A stretch of 59,178 nucleotides of DNA, counting the filler, from Diploschistes diacapsis (lineage: Eukaryota), in the NCBI GenBank assembly GCA_023645945.1. It is 9 parts of 9 records of this genome, joined end to end, with 100 filler letters (N's around TTAATTAATTAA, not from the genome) between each part and the next. Parts side by side here need not be neighbours in the genome. Positions count along the whole stretch, not along the records: positions 1 to 6,507 come from JALAIB010001381.1; positions 6,608 to 13,111 come from JALAIB010001382.1; 7 more parts are not named here. One strand, given 5' to 3'. Of the stretch, positions 1 to 11,524 are shown piece by piece. How positions within the stretch are numbered: the stretch's first letter is position 1; every line of letters begins with the position of its first letter. A model generated the notes under the pieces. The model was not told the DNA's origin. It ran no database searches and saw only the letters and a program-made list of their open reading frames with translations. A program made the translations under genes and the position numbers.

Positions 1-126
1 ATATTGATATTAATACGGACACTGCATTTCTGTGAATTCACGGACACGGACACTACAGTTAAATAATCTAAAATACTGATACTGACACTGTCAGTGTCCG
101 TGTCAGTGTCAGTAACGGCCAGCCTA
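1..126 (-). mobile_element. End of a probable DNA transposon (hAT-like terminus with subterminal repeats) nested in the pogo relic
   Basis: The minus strand begins TAGGCTGGCCGTT and is followed by many ACTGAC/ACGGAC hexamers in both orientations. The pogo transposase frame stops at this point. Truncated by the window start. Confidence 0.45.
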
Positions 127-1370
127 GTTATATCTTATAAAACTTTTCCGTACGAAGCTTTTAAAGGACCGAATACGCCAATATTAAATAATTATAAAAA
201 ATAAGAAAAATGCGGTAATATGCATAACGGAACGATTAAATGATTCGTATAATATCGATCGAATTCGGATGATTTATAACTTCCATAACCGTCCTATATC
301 AAAAATCGATATATATCTTTCATATAAGCATATGTATGATTATTAAAGAACTTTTCAAGCCATTCAAGACCTAATATATCGTTTATTTAACTTATTTTAT
401 TAATTCCGATTATCCAATCTTTTAGAAGAACGTCGTACCAAGATCTTTAATATAATTTACCCGCGAAGATAAGTATAAGTAATATTACTTCGTACGAAAT
501 ATTAATAGATTCAATAACGATCACCTATTCTCGATTTTCTAATTAAAGATATATAGGACGACTACGTGTTTCAGATGTAATAACTACTTTTGCACTTATA
601 ATTACTCCTATTTAAAACTCTGTTTTATCGAAATTGTAGATATCTTCCGGATGAATATTATATTCATCAATCTTTTATCGTACGAGGCGAAATCATTCTC
701 GTACGATATCTGGATCTTCATTTCGAGCTCTTTGTTCATCGTATTTTCGAAAAGGTTTAACACGTAAGCTAAATTATCGTTAAAGAAATCGATTAATTTA
801 ATTATTTTCAATTTTAGATACGGGATTGTTCGTACGATCGCTAAGAATAATGTTCGCACTTATAATAATTATATCTTTTCGTACAGGGAATCCTCGTTCA
901 TTTATTAAAAGAATCCATCGTACGAGCGCTTTTTCTTCTATGGCTGTAAATTTTGTTATTAAACGCCGTATTCTTTTTTGGTTTTTGCATCATGTCGACG
1001 ACGATGGAATGTTATTAAACTAATTCCGTATCGTTTACTAGCTTATCGTACGGATTTATATTCTTCAGATTATAAAGCATATAATGCCAAAGCGATTCGG
1101 CCTTCTTGAATATCCATAATAAGAGAATGTTATCGTACGAAAAATGAAAATGTTAAGACATACATTTTACGAAGGTGCAGGGATTGTGTTCCGCTTCGTG
1201 GGGTGCTCCGTTTCCTGGGGAAAGACATTATATGGTAGATAATTGATTGAAAAGTAATATTTTGAAAAAAAAATAAACGATTAATTTCGAAGAATTATTG
1301 AAGATTTAAAACTATTTCTTGGCAAAAGTGGCCGGAATCTGGGGGTGGCCGGAATCCCCGTGAAACACGT
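127..1370 (-). mobile_element. RIP-degraded pogo/Fot1-family (DDE_1) DNA transposon
   Basis: Minus-strand translation of ~140-420 reads DWIIGINKIS*INDILGLEWLEKFF...YRFLI*DGYGSYKSSEFDRYY...PHFSYFL*LFNIGVFGPLKASYG, a decayed form of the Fot1 motifs RLLILDGHGSH and PHSSHLLQPLDVGVFGPLK. The terminus starts ACGTGTTTCACGG at 1370 and carries GTGGCCGGAATC direct repeats at 1328-1339 and 1345-1356. AT-rich and CpA-poor. Confidence 0.85.
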
Positions 1371-1665
1371 TTAGTATTTATAAACGAGATCCCATGATCG
1401 AAAACGTTTAGAAAAAAAGAAAAGAAAATTCTAGGCATTAAATGGCTTAAAAAATATAATTAATGATTTGATAATATTTCGGCCGGAATAACTGCTCTAT
1501 AAGTTATTCACGACCTTGCAAGTTCGAACCTCGCTGCAATACCTGACCAGTGAAACATAGGTAAATAAGTGTTGATTTTTTATTGATGGACATTCTACGT
1601 TGGTAGGTCAATACGCACTAATTGGCATGCTTTGTAGGCCTCATTTCACGCCTTTCTAAGCTACA

Positions 1666-3193
1666 ATGGAGCAACAATGGGAATCAATCCCTCTAGGCGC
1701 AAAGCTTTTAAATCAGAAGTTGAGCAAGGATCTATTTGATTGGGAACTTCATTCCGTCGTTAACTTCTCAGATAAAGAGAAAGTTCAACTGCGTGTCTCA
1801 GAATATCTTGATGTCCAGGACTTACCCCATGCGCTTGCCATCATGCAGCCGAATGCTTCACATCTTAGAGCAAGTCGAGAGAAACGCTTGAAAGTTCAGA
1901 GTACAGTGAGAAAGACTACAACCGCCACAGCTGCGAATGTGACTGAGCAAATTCCGGGAATTTGGCAAGGGGAAGAAAAAGTGTCTCCAACGAGAGCACT
2001 GACGCTAAGAAGTGAGCGTTCTAAAAACTCTGCAGCCTACTCTCAACCATTGGAAATTAAACAAACAGCTTTGAGTTCAGTTCGCAAGCATGTCTTCGAG
2101 GAACCAAAGCCGGTTTGGCACCCCCCATGGAAATTGATGCGAGTGATATCTGGGCATCTAGGGTGGGTCAGAGCACTGGCAGTTGAACCTGGAAATGAAT
2201 GGTTCGCCAGCGGCGCCGGTGACAGAACTATAAAGATCTGGGACCTCGCCTCCGGCTCTTTGCGGCTGACCTTGACAGGCCACATTTCGACAGTGCGTGG
2301 CCTTGCTGTGTCACCTCGTCACCCGTACCTATTTTCCTGTGGAGAGGATAAGATGGTCAAGTGCTGGGATCTGGAGACTAATAAGGTGATTCGACATTAC
2401 CATGGCCATTTGAGCGGTGTTTATGCCCTTTCCCTACACCCTACCCTGGACGTTCTCGTCACGGGGGGCAGGGATGGAGTTGCTCGAGTCTGGGACATGC
2501 GAACGCGAAGCAACATTCACGTTCTAGCTGGTCACAAGCAAACCGTATCCGATGTCAAATGCCAGGAAGCCGACCCTCAAGTACTAACATCTTCGCTTGA
2601 TGCAACCGTCAGGCTCTGGGATCTAGCCGCGGGCAAAACCATGGAAGTACTTACACACCACAAGAAGGGAGTCAGGGCTCTGGCGGTACATCCAAAAGAG
2701 TTTACCTTTGCCACGGGGAGCACTGGTAGTATCAAGCAATGGAAATGCCCCGAGGGTTCTTTAATGCAGAATTTTGAAGGCCAAAATGCTATTATTAATA
2801 GTTTGAGTGTTAACGAAGACAACGTGCTTTTCTCCGGAGGCATGTTTCAGGCTCGCATTCCACTACAGTGACATTCGCTGATGACGAGTAGGTGACAATG
2901 GCTCTATTTGCTTTTGGGATTGGAAGACGGGTTATAGATTTCAGACACATGACACTACTGTGCAGCCGGGCTCACTTGAAGCCGAAGCTGGCATTTTTGC
3001 ATCCACTTATGATCGGACAGGCTTCCGTCTGATATGTGGCGAGGCAGATAAAACTAGTAAGTGTGGAAGTATTAACGCGAGGGAAATTGCTTAATATTCT
3101 TTGATAGTTAAAATCTGGAAAGAGGACGAGGAGGCAACACCCGAGACACATCCACTTGATTGGAAACCGACTTTGAATTGGAGAAAGTATTGA
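1666..3193 (+). CDS. PRP46: Pre-mRNA splicing factor Prp46 (PLRG1), WD40 repeat protein; exons 1666-2839, 2892-3056, 3108-3193
   Basis: Contains [23 protein letters not shown]40 repeats and the C-terminal [12 protein letters not shown]...[26 protein letters not shown]. Introns at 2840-2891 (GC-AG) and 3057-3107 restore the conserved frame. Confidence 0.95.
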
Positions 3194-3272
3194 TACATGG
3201 TCCTGAAAGATCTGTGGGAAGATAGGCATCTAGTAGTAGGAAATAGAAAGACCTTTTTGGAACGGCTTGACA

Positions 3273-5607
3273 CTACCGAAACCCCAAATGTCGAACTTCC
3301 AAGTCATCCTTGAAAGCTAGTTTGACGTCATCCTCGCTTACAATCAAGCGGATTTTTCCTGTACGCTCGCCTCTGTTAGCCTCCAAGTTGACAATGCCAG
3401 CCTCCGCCAATTCAACAGCTGCAACTCCGAAAGCGAGAACCCTAGAAGTGTGCATCATGCGCTCGCCGGCAATCGCATCTTTGTTTTCTCTTGAGCTTGC
3501 TTCTAGAAGGCCGGTACGGACAAGACCATGATCACCAAGTGTAACGTGTTGTTTCGTCTCTTCTATAACATCAGCGAGCGAGTGCTCTCTTAGGCCGCTC
3601 CTGTGCCCACGAGCCAGCAGGGCAACTAACAAGAATTTTGTCGCCATTGGTAACGATTTCAACCGTCCCTGCACGGGGCTGGAAGTTGCTTCGTTTATCG
3701 CCTGCTTGATGGTATTGATGATGACCCTACCACGTGGTCTTGGTGTCGCTCTCCCGGCCTCTCCTGACTTTTTTTTTCTACTTGGGGTACCATTGTCCTG
3801 ATTTTCACGATTCATTTCATGCTCAGCAATTTCGACCGCTCTTCGGCAAATGTCAAGAGCTCTCCTAGCGTCACCGCTTACAGCAGCAACCTTTCTACTA
3901 GCAAACTGGATGGCATCAGGATCTAGCAGATTACCGGGAACGCCTTGAAGGCGTGATTCAATGATTTTCATCAGCTGATCATGTGTGTACCCTGGAAAAG
4001 TAATTCTGATTAAACCTATAAATCATTAGCATTCGATTTCGGAAAGGGATTAGCCTTACCCATGCGACTGCTAATTTTGTTGCTCAGCGTTCGCTCTGGT
4101 AGATCCATGGTGTTAGCAACAGCCAGAACTATCAACCGGCTATGTCTTTGCCCTGGCCAATTGAAGAAGTTGTACATGACACTTTGGCTCTTAGTGACAA
4201 GCTGGTCTAACTCGTCCATTAACACTACACATGGAACACGTCGCGGACTCGGGCTACTGAACTCCCTTTCAAGTAAATCCAGTGCATGCATAGGACTCAA
4301 ACGATCCCCTCGCAAAGCCTCCCATAGCATTGAATAGGCTTGGTGTGGGTCAGTGACTTTCATTCCGTTGATCTCAACGAAGACAAAGTCATCTAACTCC
4401 TCTGCCTCCACAGCTGCGTGAAGCTGAGAGACCACTTCTCTTACAGTAGCGGTTTTGCCAGTCCCAGGTGTTCCAGATATATAGATACAAGAGCCCGATC
4501 CTGCCGAGATTGCGGCTTCTAGATGCGAGTAGACTTGTGCGAAAGCATCTTCCCGGCAAGGAAGGGATGGCGGCACTAGAGACACGTGGAGGTGCATGCG
4601 GGCGACTTGAAAAGGAGAGGACGTGTGGCTCGGGGACAGGAATCGTGTGCCTATGGGTGTGAATTCTAAGGGCTTTTTGATTACAATCCTAAGAGGCGTC
4701 ATTCGTTAATCAGCACAGTTAACGTTTAAGAAACGTACCGTTTATGCGTTGGCGTAGCATGCATTCGTGCAACATCAACCGCTGTGGAATTCGACGTTGA
4801 TAGCGCACCAGTGTCTGCTTTACGCTTCTTTCGAGGAGTACCTGCGCTTTCTCCTTCACCCTCAGATCCATAACACTCATACGGCTCGCCGGTAGCTTCC
4901 GAAACCCCTTCAACCTTCTTTTTCCGGCTCCGCGTTGCCTTGGTCTCGCATTTGACTCGTTCTATAAGATTAGCTAAATCGTCCGCGCCTCGGTAGATTT
5001 CCTCCCATTCGAACTCATCAGTGTAGGTTGCAGTGCGTACATTGCAGCCTCGCCGACAGACGAACATCTTTCCATAGTCTTTAGACTTAGACGGTATTGT
5101 TCCCGTGGGATATAAAGCCCGAAAGTGAGATGATGACAGGATCCGGGCACTTCCATTTATAGAATTCAGTGGGTTGATATCAAATGCGGGTGTGATGTAC
5201 AATTCGTTCTGGCACGATATGAGATCACAGCCGGAAACCAAGGGACCATTGCGAACCTTAAGTGCGTCTACCCTCGTCCTCTTTTTGTTTCGAACTTCCT
5301 TGTCAGAGGAGAACCACATGAAGTTGGCTCTTTTTTCCCCTCGTTCCATAGCGTCTTCATGGAACTCGCAGATAATGGCAACCCATGCTTCCTTGTACCC
5401 CTCCGCTTTTAATAGGACACAATCTCCAATGCTGCAGTGAAAATTGCCATATCTTGCTCCAATTATATCTTTGCCCTGGGCATTACCCTCGTCGCCTCGA
5501 ATCCACTCCCAGGAAAGGTCCTGTACGCCTAGTTCGTCGTCCGAATCTTCCCTATTAATACCAGCGCCGGCAAGGATTCGCCAATTGTGACGAGGATGTG
5601 GCGCCAT
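3273..5607 (-). CDS. ORC1: Origin recognition complex subunit 1 (BAH + AAA+ + winged helix); introns 5209-5256, 4689-4738, 4016-4059
   Basis: N-terminal REDSDDELG and BAH domain, LPCRE, Walker A GTPGTGKT, Walker B VLMDELD, VMYNFFNWP, ANTMDLPER, and SGDARRALDICRRAVE. Three GT-AG introns join the ORFs. Start ATG at 5607 is inferred. Confidence 0.95.
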
Positions 5608-5929
5608 GAAGTACCATTGCAACAGTGATTCCAGTCTTACACGAAGACCTGCCCTTTCCCGCAAAAGTTTGGCACCACAATTTGATAGAACATCACAGCC
5701 TTCAGGATGGGTTGGACGATTTCATTTTCAAGCTACCTCTGCGTAACCGATAGAATGAAACCCGCTAGCCCGGATTATGACCAGCACCCAATTTGAGTGG
5801 TAGATACTTTTATAATAGAAAATTATACGCGCCCCTCTTGCTTTAAGCGCTAACAGCGAAGCGTTTTCTAATAACGTGTTCCACCACTTAACGGCCCACA
5901 CCACAAAACGGCTCACTACATTATAATAT

Positions 5930-6507
5930 AATTGCGCTAGATAGTTTTAAGCGAGCTTTTATGCCTCACAACCATACATAAAAATTATTTGTACGAAACT
6001 AAATCTTTTTAATTATAATATCTCATTCCCACCCCTACGCGGCCGTTCTTCGGCCCTTTTTTAATTTATTAAAACATTTCTTTATAATATAAATCTATCC
6101 GTTACTACGTACGAAGTTAATATGTTTATAAGACGATAATACCTTAGGTTCCCCCCAACGGCGACGGCGGTATAATAATAATAAAAAAAAGAGATATAAT
6201 AAGAAGAAAAGGAAAAGAAGGTCTATACGACTGGCTCGTCGTTAGAAAATAATAGTTAACGGGTTTCGTTCATAACGTAACGTAACGTGCGGTTCTTATT
6301 TTACTCGGTATTAATATTGCTTTCGTATAAGGACGTATTATATTTAAATAGATTAAATCGCATCGGGTTTCGTACATAAACGCGATTCTTATTTAATCTC
6401 GCGGTTATACGCGTGGCGTACGATGTATCGAGTATCGCCGACGTGATTTCACGCTTTTTCCGGAATGTCGCCGCTTAGCTAATTATTTCGATAAATATTA
6501 CGTTAAT
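5930..6507. repeat. AT-rich RIP-degraded repeat relic, family unassigned
   Basis: Abrupt AT enrichment, TpA-rich and CpA/TpG-poor with retained CpG; runs into the contig end. Confidence 0.65.
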
Positions 6508-6607
6508 NNNNNNNNNNNNNNNNNNNNNNNNNNNNNNNNNNNNNNNNNNNNTTAATTAATTAANNNNNNNNNNNNNNNNNNNNNNNNNNNNNNNNNNNNN
6601 NNNNNNN
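6508..6607. other. Artificial contig spacer (44N-TTAATTAATTAA-44N)
   Basis: Same 100-nt linker with stops in all six frames occurs eight times in the window. Confidence 0.99.
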
Positions 6608-7250
6608 GTTTTTAATTAATATAATTATGATTTATTTTAAATTAAAATAAGAAATAAACAGATTTAATTTAACTTATAATTCTATTCCGATATACTTTTA
6701 AAATTTCGTTTTTCTTTAGTTTCGATATACTAACCTATTTTCTAAATATAGGCGCATTAACGCCGTTTTATCGCGATCGATTCGAAACGATCTTCTCGGC
6801 GGTTTTAACGGGGGTCTCGGCGGCGGCAACATAATGCCGTCCCCCAACAACGCGGCGAAAGAAAAAGATCTAGATGGCGCAAAAGGAAAAGAAGAAGCAG
6901 GAAGGACAAGAAAAACAAAAAAAATAAAGGAAAATAAGGATTATAATAGAAATAAAGGCATTCGATATCTATTATTATTATAATCCTTATCACGAGATTA
7001 AGGGTCTTAAGACATAAAAACTAACGTAAATATTTACTTTTTATATTTTATAAAAATATATACAGCGCCGACGACCTTTCGAGGCGCCGGATAATCCATA
7101 AAAATACTTATAATAAAATTTTTTTATTATATTTATTTATTTATTATTATAAATACGTCGATAAGAAGCCGTAAAACTTTCTATCGACGTTTAACTATAT
7201 CTAGGTTTCCGCAGGCGTTAATAATAACGTAACGTCTACTTATAGCAACG
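6608..7250. repeat. AT-rich RIP-degraded repeat relic, family unassigned
   Basis: Same TpA-rich, CpA-poor, CpG-retaining composition at the contig start. Confidence 0.65.
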
Positions 7251-7709
7251 CAGACTCTGCGTTATGGCGGCGGAGATACTGCCAAAAGAGGTAAGAATCC
7301 GGAGCGCCAAGATCTGAGCTAACTACAATAGCAAGCCCGCAGCCGCAGCGACAGGGTTGCCAAACCTCTCTATTCAAGCATTCCTAGAGTGGTGAGTAAG
7401 GCCCTTTAATATTTGGGAGTGCAACCTTGCTTAATGGTTACTGTTAGCGCCTCATTCGCGCTAGATTAGGACTTATGTCCTACATGTAACATGCTACAGC
7501 TGACAGATCAGACTGCTAGTGGACCCAGCTCTGTCCGCGAACGGTGGTGCCATAAAACTCCTCGGATGCTTATAGTTGGGTATGATCCGGAATGAACACC
7601 CCGTAACGTAAATGAAAGTGATTTGTGCCTCGTTCTTTGAATTCGGATCCCGTCCGAGATCCCGGGCGCGTCATAGATCAATTGCGACCGAAGGGAGAGG
7701 GAACGCAAG

Positions 7710-7788
7710 GAGCAATGAGCAATGAGGATAGAGCATAGAGCATAGAGCATAAGCATAAGCATAAGCATAAGCACAAGGACAAGCATAA
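7710..7788. repeat. Compound microsatellite GAGCAAT/GAGCATA/AGCATA
   Basis: GAGCAAT x2, GAGGATA, GAGCATA x3, AGCATA x3, then degenerate AGCACA/AGGACA units. Confidence 0.85.
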
Positions 7789-7940
7789 ACGTTCTTCTTC
7801 TCCATACATTTGTTCTGCATCTCCACTTCTTCTTCTGTCAAAGTCGCAGCCCCATTGTGAACAGTGTCGAACCGCATTAATCATTCTGCGCATCATATCA
7901 CACGGTGAATAGATTCTATCCTTGCATTTGCTTGACCAAC

Positions 7941-8832
7941 ATGGCTCCCTTTCGCAACCCGTTCAACAGGCGACCGGCGCCTCTCAATGCCGTCGTTGAT
8001 GAAAATACCCCGCCTACGAATGGTCAAGTCAATGGTCAAGTCAAGTCACCAGAAAATAGAGCAATACTAGGTTCAAGAGCATCTTCCACTTTGAGTATCA
8101 AGCAAAACAAGGCGCCGGACGAGTTCAAGCTGAGCGGTGTGCAACAATGGCAGGCTCTTCAATCTCTTGTGGCTGACCTCAATTTAGTCGTCAATGACAG
8201 CGGTGTTTACCTTCCGGTCTGTGAAGCACGAAGTATCTTTGTCGCATAAGCCAGCTAAAATGCTTCTTTATAGCCGTCCCCTCCAGAAAAACAGAGTTTC
8301 TGGTCACGTACTCCTACATCAACCACGACCTCATCCCATCGGAGCATGTTGAGCGATAACGAACCCTTCTCTATTTCGCGCGAATCTTTCGACTCCTATC
8401 GTCGCTCCTTCGTAAGCGTTCATTGTTTGGCATGTGCTTCACAGACTCACAGCTTGGTAGGACATCTCAGCTCGCTCGCCTGTCGTGCACCATGATAGCT
8501 TCTATGGTCGACAAAGCCTAGACTCACGAAGCCCACGGACTCCGAAATCCACTCTTACAGGTCACTTTGAACAATCACAGCCGAAGACGGTTGATGAAGA
8601 ATTCGAGGAGGTCGGATTGAACGACGAGGTTAAGCCCAAGAAGAAGGGTTTCTTCTCTCGATTTGGTGACTCAACAGAGTCTGCGAATCCCGAGGAGGCA
8701 TCAAGACCCGGTTCGAGCCACCGAGGCTTCCATCTGCCAGGACGCAAGCGCGGACAAAGTGGACAGGGTGCAGAGTTGGGAAGTATACCGAAGCCACCTA
8801 TGAGAGAAGAGGCGGAGGGTGTAATTCGTTGA
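7941..8832 (+). CDS. Conserved fungal hypothetical protein; exons 7941-8136, 8188-8216, 8274-8411, 8461-8832
   Basis: Three GT-AG introns give a continuous frame MAPFRNPF...EFKLSVVNDSGVYLPPSPPEK...EPFSISRESFDSYRRSFDISARSP...FEEVGLNDE, motifs I recognise from an uncharacterised Pezizomycotina family. Confidence 0.8.
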
Positions 8833-9181
8833 CCAGCAACGCTCGATAAGGAACAGTCATCATGCAGAGAGACGATTGAATGTTTGTACAATAAGAAAAC
8901 TACGGGACATGTGTTGTGCGTTGGGTAGATAGGCATGGCTCCAAGATGAGGATAAAATGCTACCCGAGAATGCTCATTAGCTGAGGGCTGCTGTTACGAA
9001 GTAATTTATAATGTCTCACTACAAGTTGTCTCTGTCATAGTAGCGTTCACCTGCCTAAACAACCCATATAGATGTTCCTAGTTGCTTTGGAACAAAGGGC
9101 TACTATAAGAAGTTGAGGGGCACTAAGAGAACCGGTTTGCCAAGATGACCCCCTTCATGGATTAGGAGCTTTATAGTGCCG

Positions 9182-9203
9182 CTTATCGCCGGCCAGCCTT
9201 ATC
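9182..9203. promoter_or_regulatory. Paired CTTATC (GATAAG) PAC-like/GATA elements upstream of PUF6
   Basis: CTTATCGC at 9182-9189 (one mismatch to the yeast PAC reverse complement CTCATCGC) and CTTATC at 9198-9203, about 90-100 nt before the ATG of a ribosome-biogenesis gene. Confidence 0.35.
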
Positions 9204-9287
9204 AAGAATTATTTCCCACCGTAGATCTTGGATGAATCTGCACTACCATAACTTGGGGGAAGTTTCAGGGCATAAAGCGCAGTAAAT

Positions 9288-11412
9288 ATGGCTGCAGTAA
9301 AACGCAAGAGTGCAACTGCAGCGAAGAAAGGAGCTGTGTCTGCTAACAAAAAACCCAAATTGGAGCAAAAATCGGTCAAAAGCCCCAAGCTCCAATCCGT
9401 GACCAAGGAAACCGAGATCGACTCGGATCCAATTGTTGAATCAGATACAACAGAGCACAGTGGCGAAGATGATGGTGTGAGCTGGCCCTCGGATGATGAA
9501 GGGTTCGAAGGAGAGGCTGCCCCACGGAAGTTGGACGAGAGCGAGGACGGTGATGATAGCATCGGTAACGATGGCGGTGTCAAGCTTCCAGAAGAAAAAA
9601 TAAGAGCTTCAAAGGAAGCTCCTGCAACAAAGAACACACAATCCTGTACGTCCTGTTCTCAGTGTGTATCAGATACAAGGACTGACCCCACTAGCAACGT
9701 CTTCCAAGGAAGCACATGCGAAGCAGAGAGCCGTCGCTCAGGAACGGAAAGCTTCCAAGCCGAACGCAGATCATCTTGCTCGGTCGAAGAAGATCTGGGA
9801 GCGTTTGCGACGGCAGTCGCATGTTCCGTTGAAAGAACGGAAGGAGCTTGTCGCAGAGCTATTCGATATCATCACTGGACGGGTCAAGGATTTCGTGCTC
9901 AAACACGATGCTAGTCGAGTAGTACAGACCGGCATCAAATATGGTAATCTTGAGCAGAGAAAGACGATTGCGAGAGAGCTCAAAGGTGACTACTGCCAGC
10001 TCGCTCAGAGCAAGTTCGCAAAGCACATGATTGGCAAACTGCTGGTGCATGGCGATGACGAAATCCGAGACCTCGTCATTCCAGAATTCTATGGTAGCGT
10101 GCGAAGAACGATCAAGCATCCGGAGGCTGCATGGATCTTGGACGATGTCTACCGGGGTGCTGCGACCGCAGAGCAGAAATCGATGTTGCTGAGGGAGTGG
10201 TACGGTGCAGAGTATTCTATCTTCAAAGCGGGTGATAATGGAAATGTTACTGCAGATCTATCAAAGCTGCTCCAGGAACATCCCGAAAAGCGGGGTCCAA
10301 CCTTGCGCTATCTGTTTGACATGATCAACCATCTGGTCCAGAAGAAGACGACAGGCTTCACGATACTACACGATGCTATGTTGCAGTACTACTTAAATGT
10401 TGGGTCAGGGACTGAGTCTTTGGCCGAGTTTGTGGAGGTGGTCAAGGGGGACGAGGAGGGGGACCTTCTAAAGAACCTTGCCTTTACTAAATCAGGTTCA
10501 CGCTTGGTTTGTCTGCTCTTCGCTCATGGCGGAGCAAAGGACCGGAAGTTGCTTCTCAGGGCTTTTAAAGGAGTCATGGAGACGATGGCTGGCGATGCGC
10601 ATGCTCACCAAGTGCTGCTGGTTGCCCTCGATGTCACAGATGACACGGTCCTGACTTCGAAGGCGATATACCCTGAGCTACTGCCGAAGAAAACAGGCGC
10701 AGATGATGCTAAAAGTAACGGCCCCCTCGAATATGTTTTTCACCAATACGCTCGTGTTCCAATCCTCTATCCATTCGCTTACAATCTACCCCCTATCCTG
10801 CCTACGGCGACCAAAACTCTTCTCACGGACGTTCATAAGATACGCAGCAGTACCTCGAAGAAAGATCCCGAGATGCGGCGCAAAGAGCTCGCCAAAGCCA
10901 TTGCGCATCAACTACTGGATGTTATTATACACAACACTGCAGCCTTGGTTGGCTCTACATTTGGCTGTCAATTCATTTCGGAGATTCTCCTTGCCTGTTC
11001 TGAAGGCGTCATCCCGGCAACAGAGCGAGAAGTACCGATGCAGAGAGTTATCGACGTGGCCCAAGACCCCAGCATGAAGGAAACGATTTCGTCGCCCGCT
11101 GCTGGCCGGATGCTGAAGAGCCTTGTCCTCAGTGGGCACTTCAACCCCAAGCTCAAGGAAGTTGACGTCTGCCAGCCGCCACTAGGGTTTGCGGATATGC
11201 TGTTCGATGCTCTTGGTGAGGATGTTGTGCAGTGGGCCACAGGCGCAAACTCGTTTGTTATTGTGGGTATGCTGGAGACGAAAGATATGTCTAGGCATGA
11301 GGGCTTGGTCAAAGTACTGAGGGCTAATAAGGCAGATTTGGAGAAGGCCGCAAAAAGTGCCAAAGATGACGGAAACAAGGGCACGCGACTTATTCTGCAA
11401 AAGCTATCGTAG
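9288..11412 (+). CDS. PUF6: Pumilio-family RNA-binding protein Puf6; exons 9288-9645, 9695-11412
   Basis: Basic/acidic N-terminus, SKKIWERLRR, FVLKHDASRVVQT, PUF repeats and the CPL domain SKKDPEMRRKEL. Intron 9646-9694 (GTACGT...ACTGAC...TAG). Confidence 0.93.
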
Positions 11413-11524
11413 TGTATGCAGTCGCTCGTAAATGATAACTCTGCTTCTAAACTATGTACCACACCTTCGGAGGGCCTCCCAAAGCGCTAACAACACGATT
11501 CGCTTCTCAAGTTGCCCCCTACTG

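Noticed and set aside
608..1023. Short AT-rich ORFs as organellar or foreign genes
   Set aside because: They lie inside the RIPped pogo transposase relic.
6552..6563. TTAATTAATTAA recurring every ~6.6 kb as a periodic element
   Set aside because: Always flanked by exactly 44 N on each side; it is an artificial linker.
7262..7394. Frame LWRRRYCQK...IQAFLEW as the N-terminus of a Starship captain recombinase
   Set aside because: The resemblance is a few residues only, with no downstream DUF3435 or tyrosine recombinase motifs.
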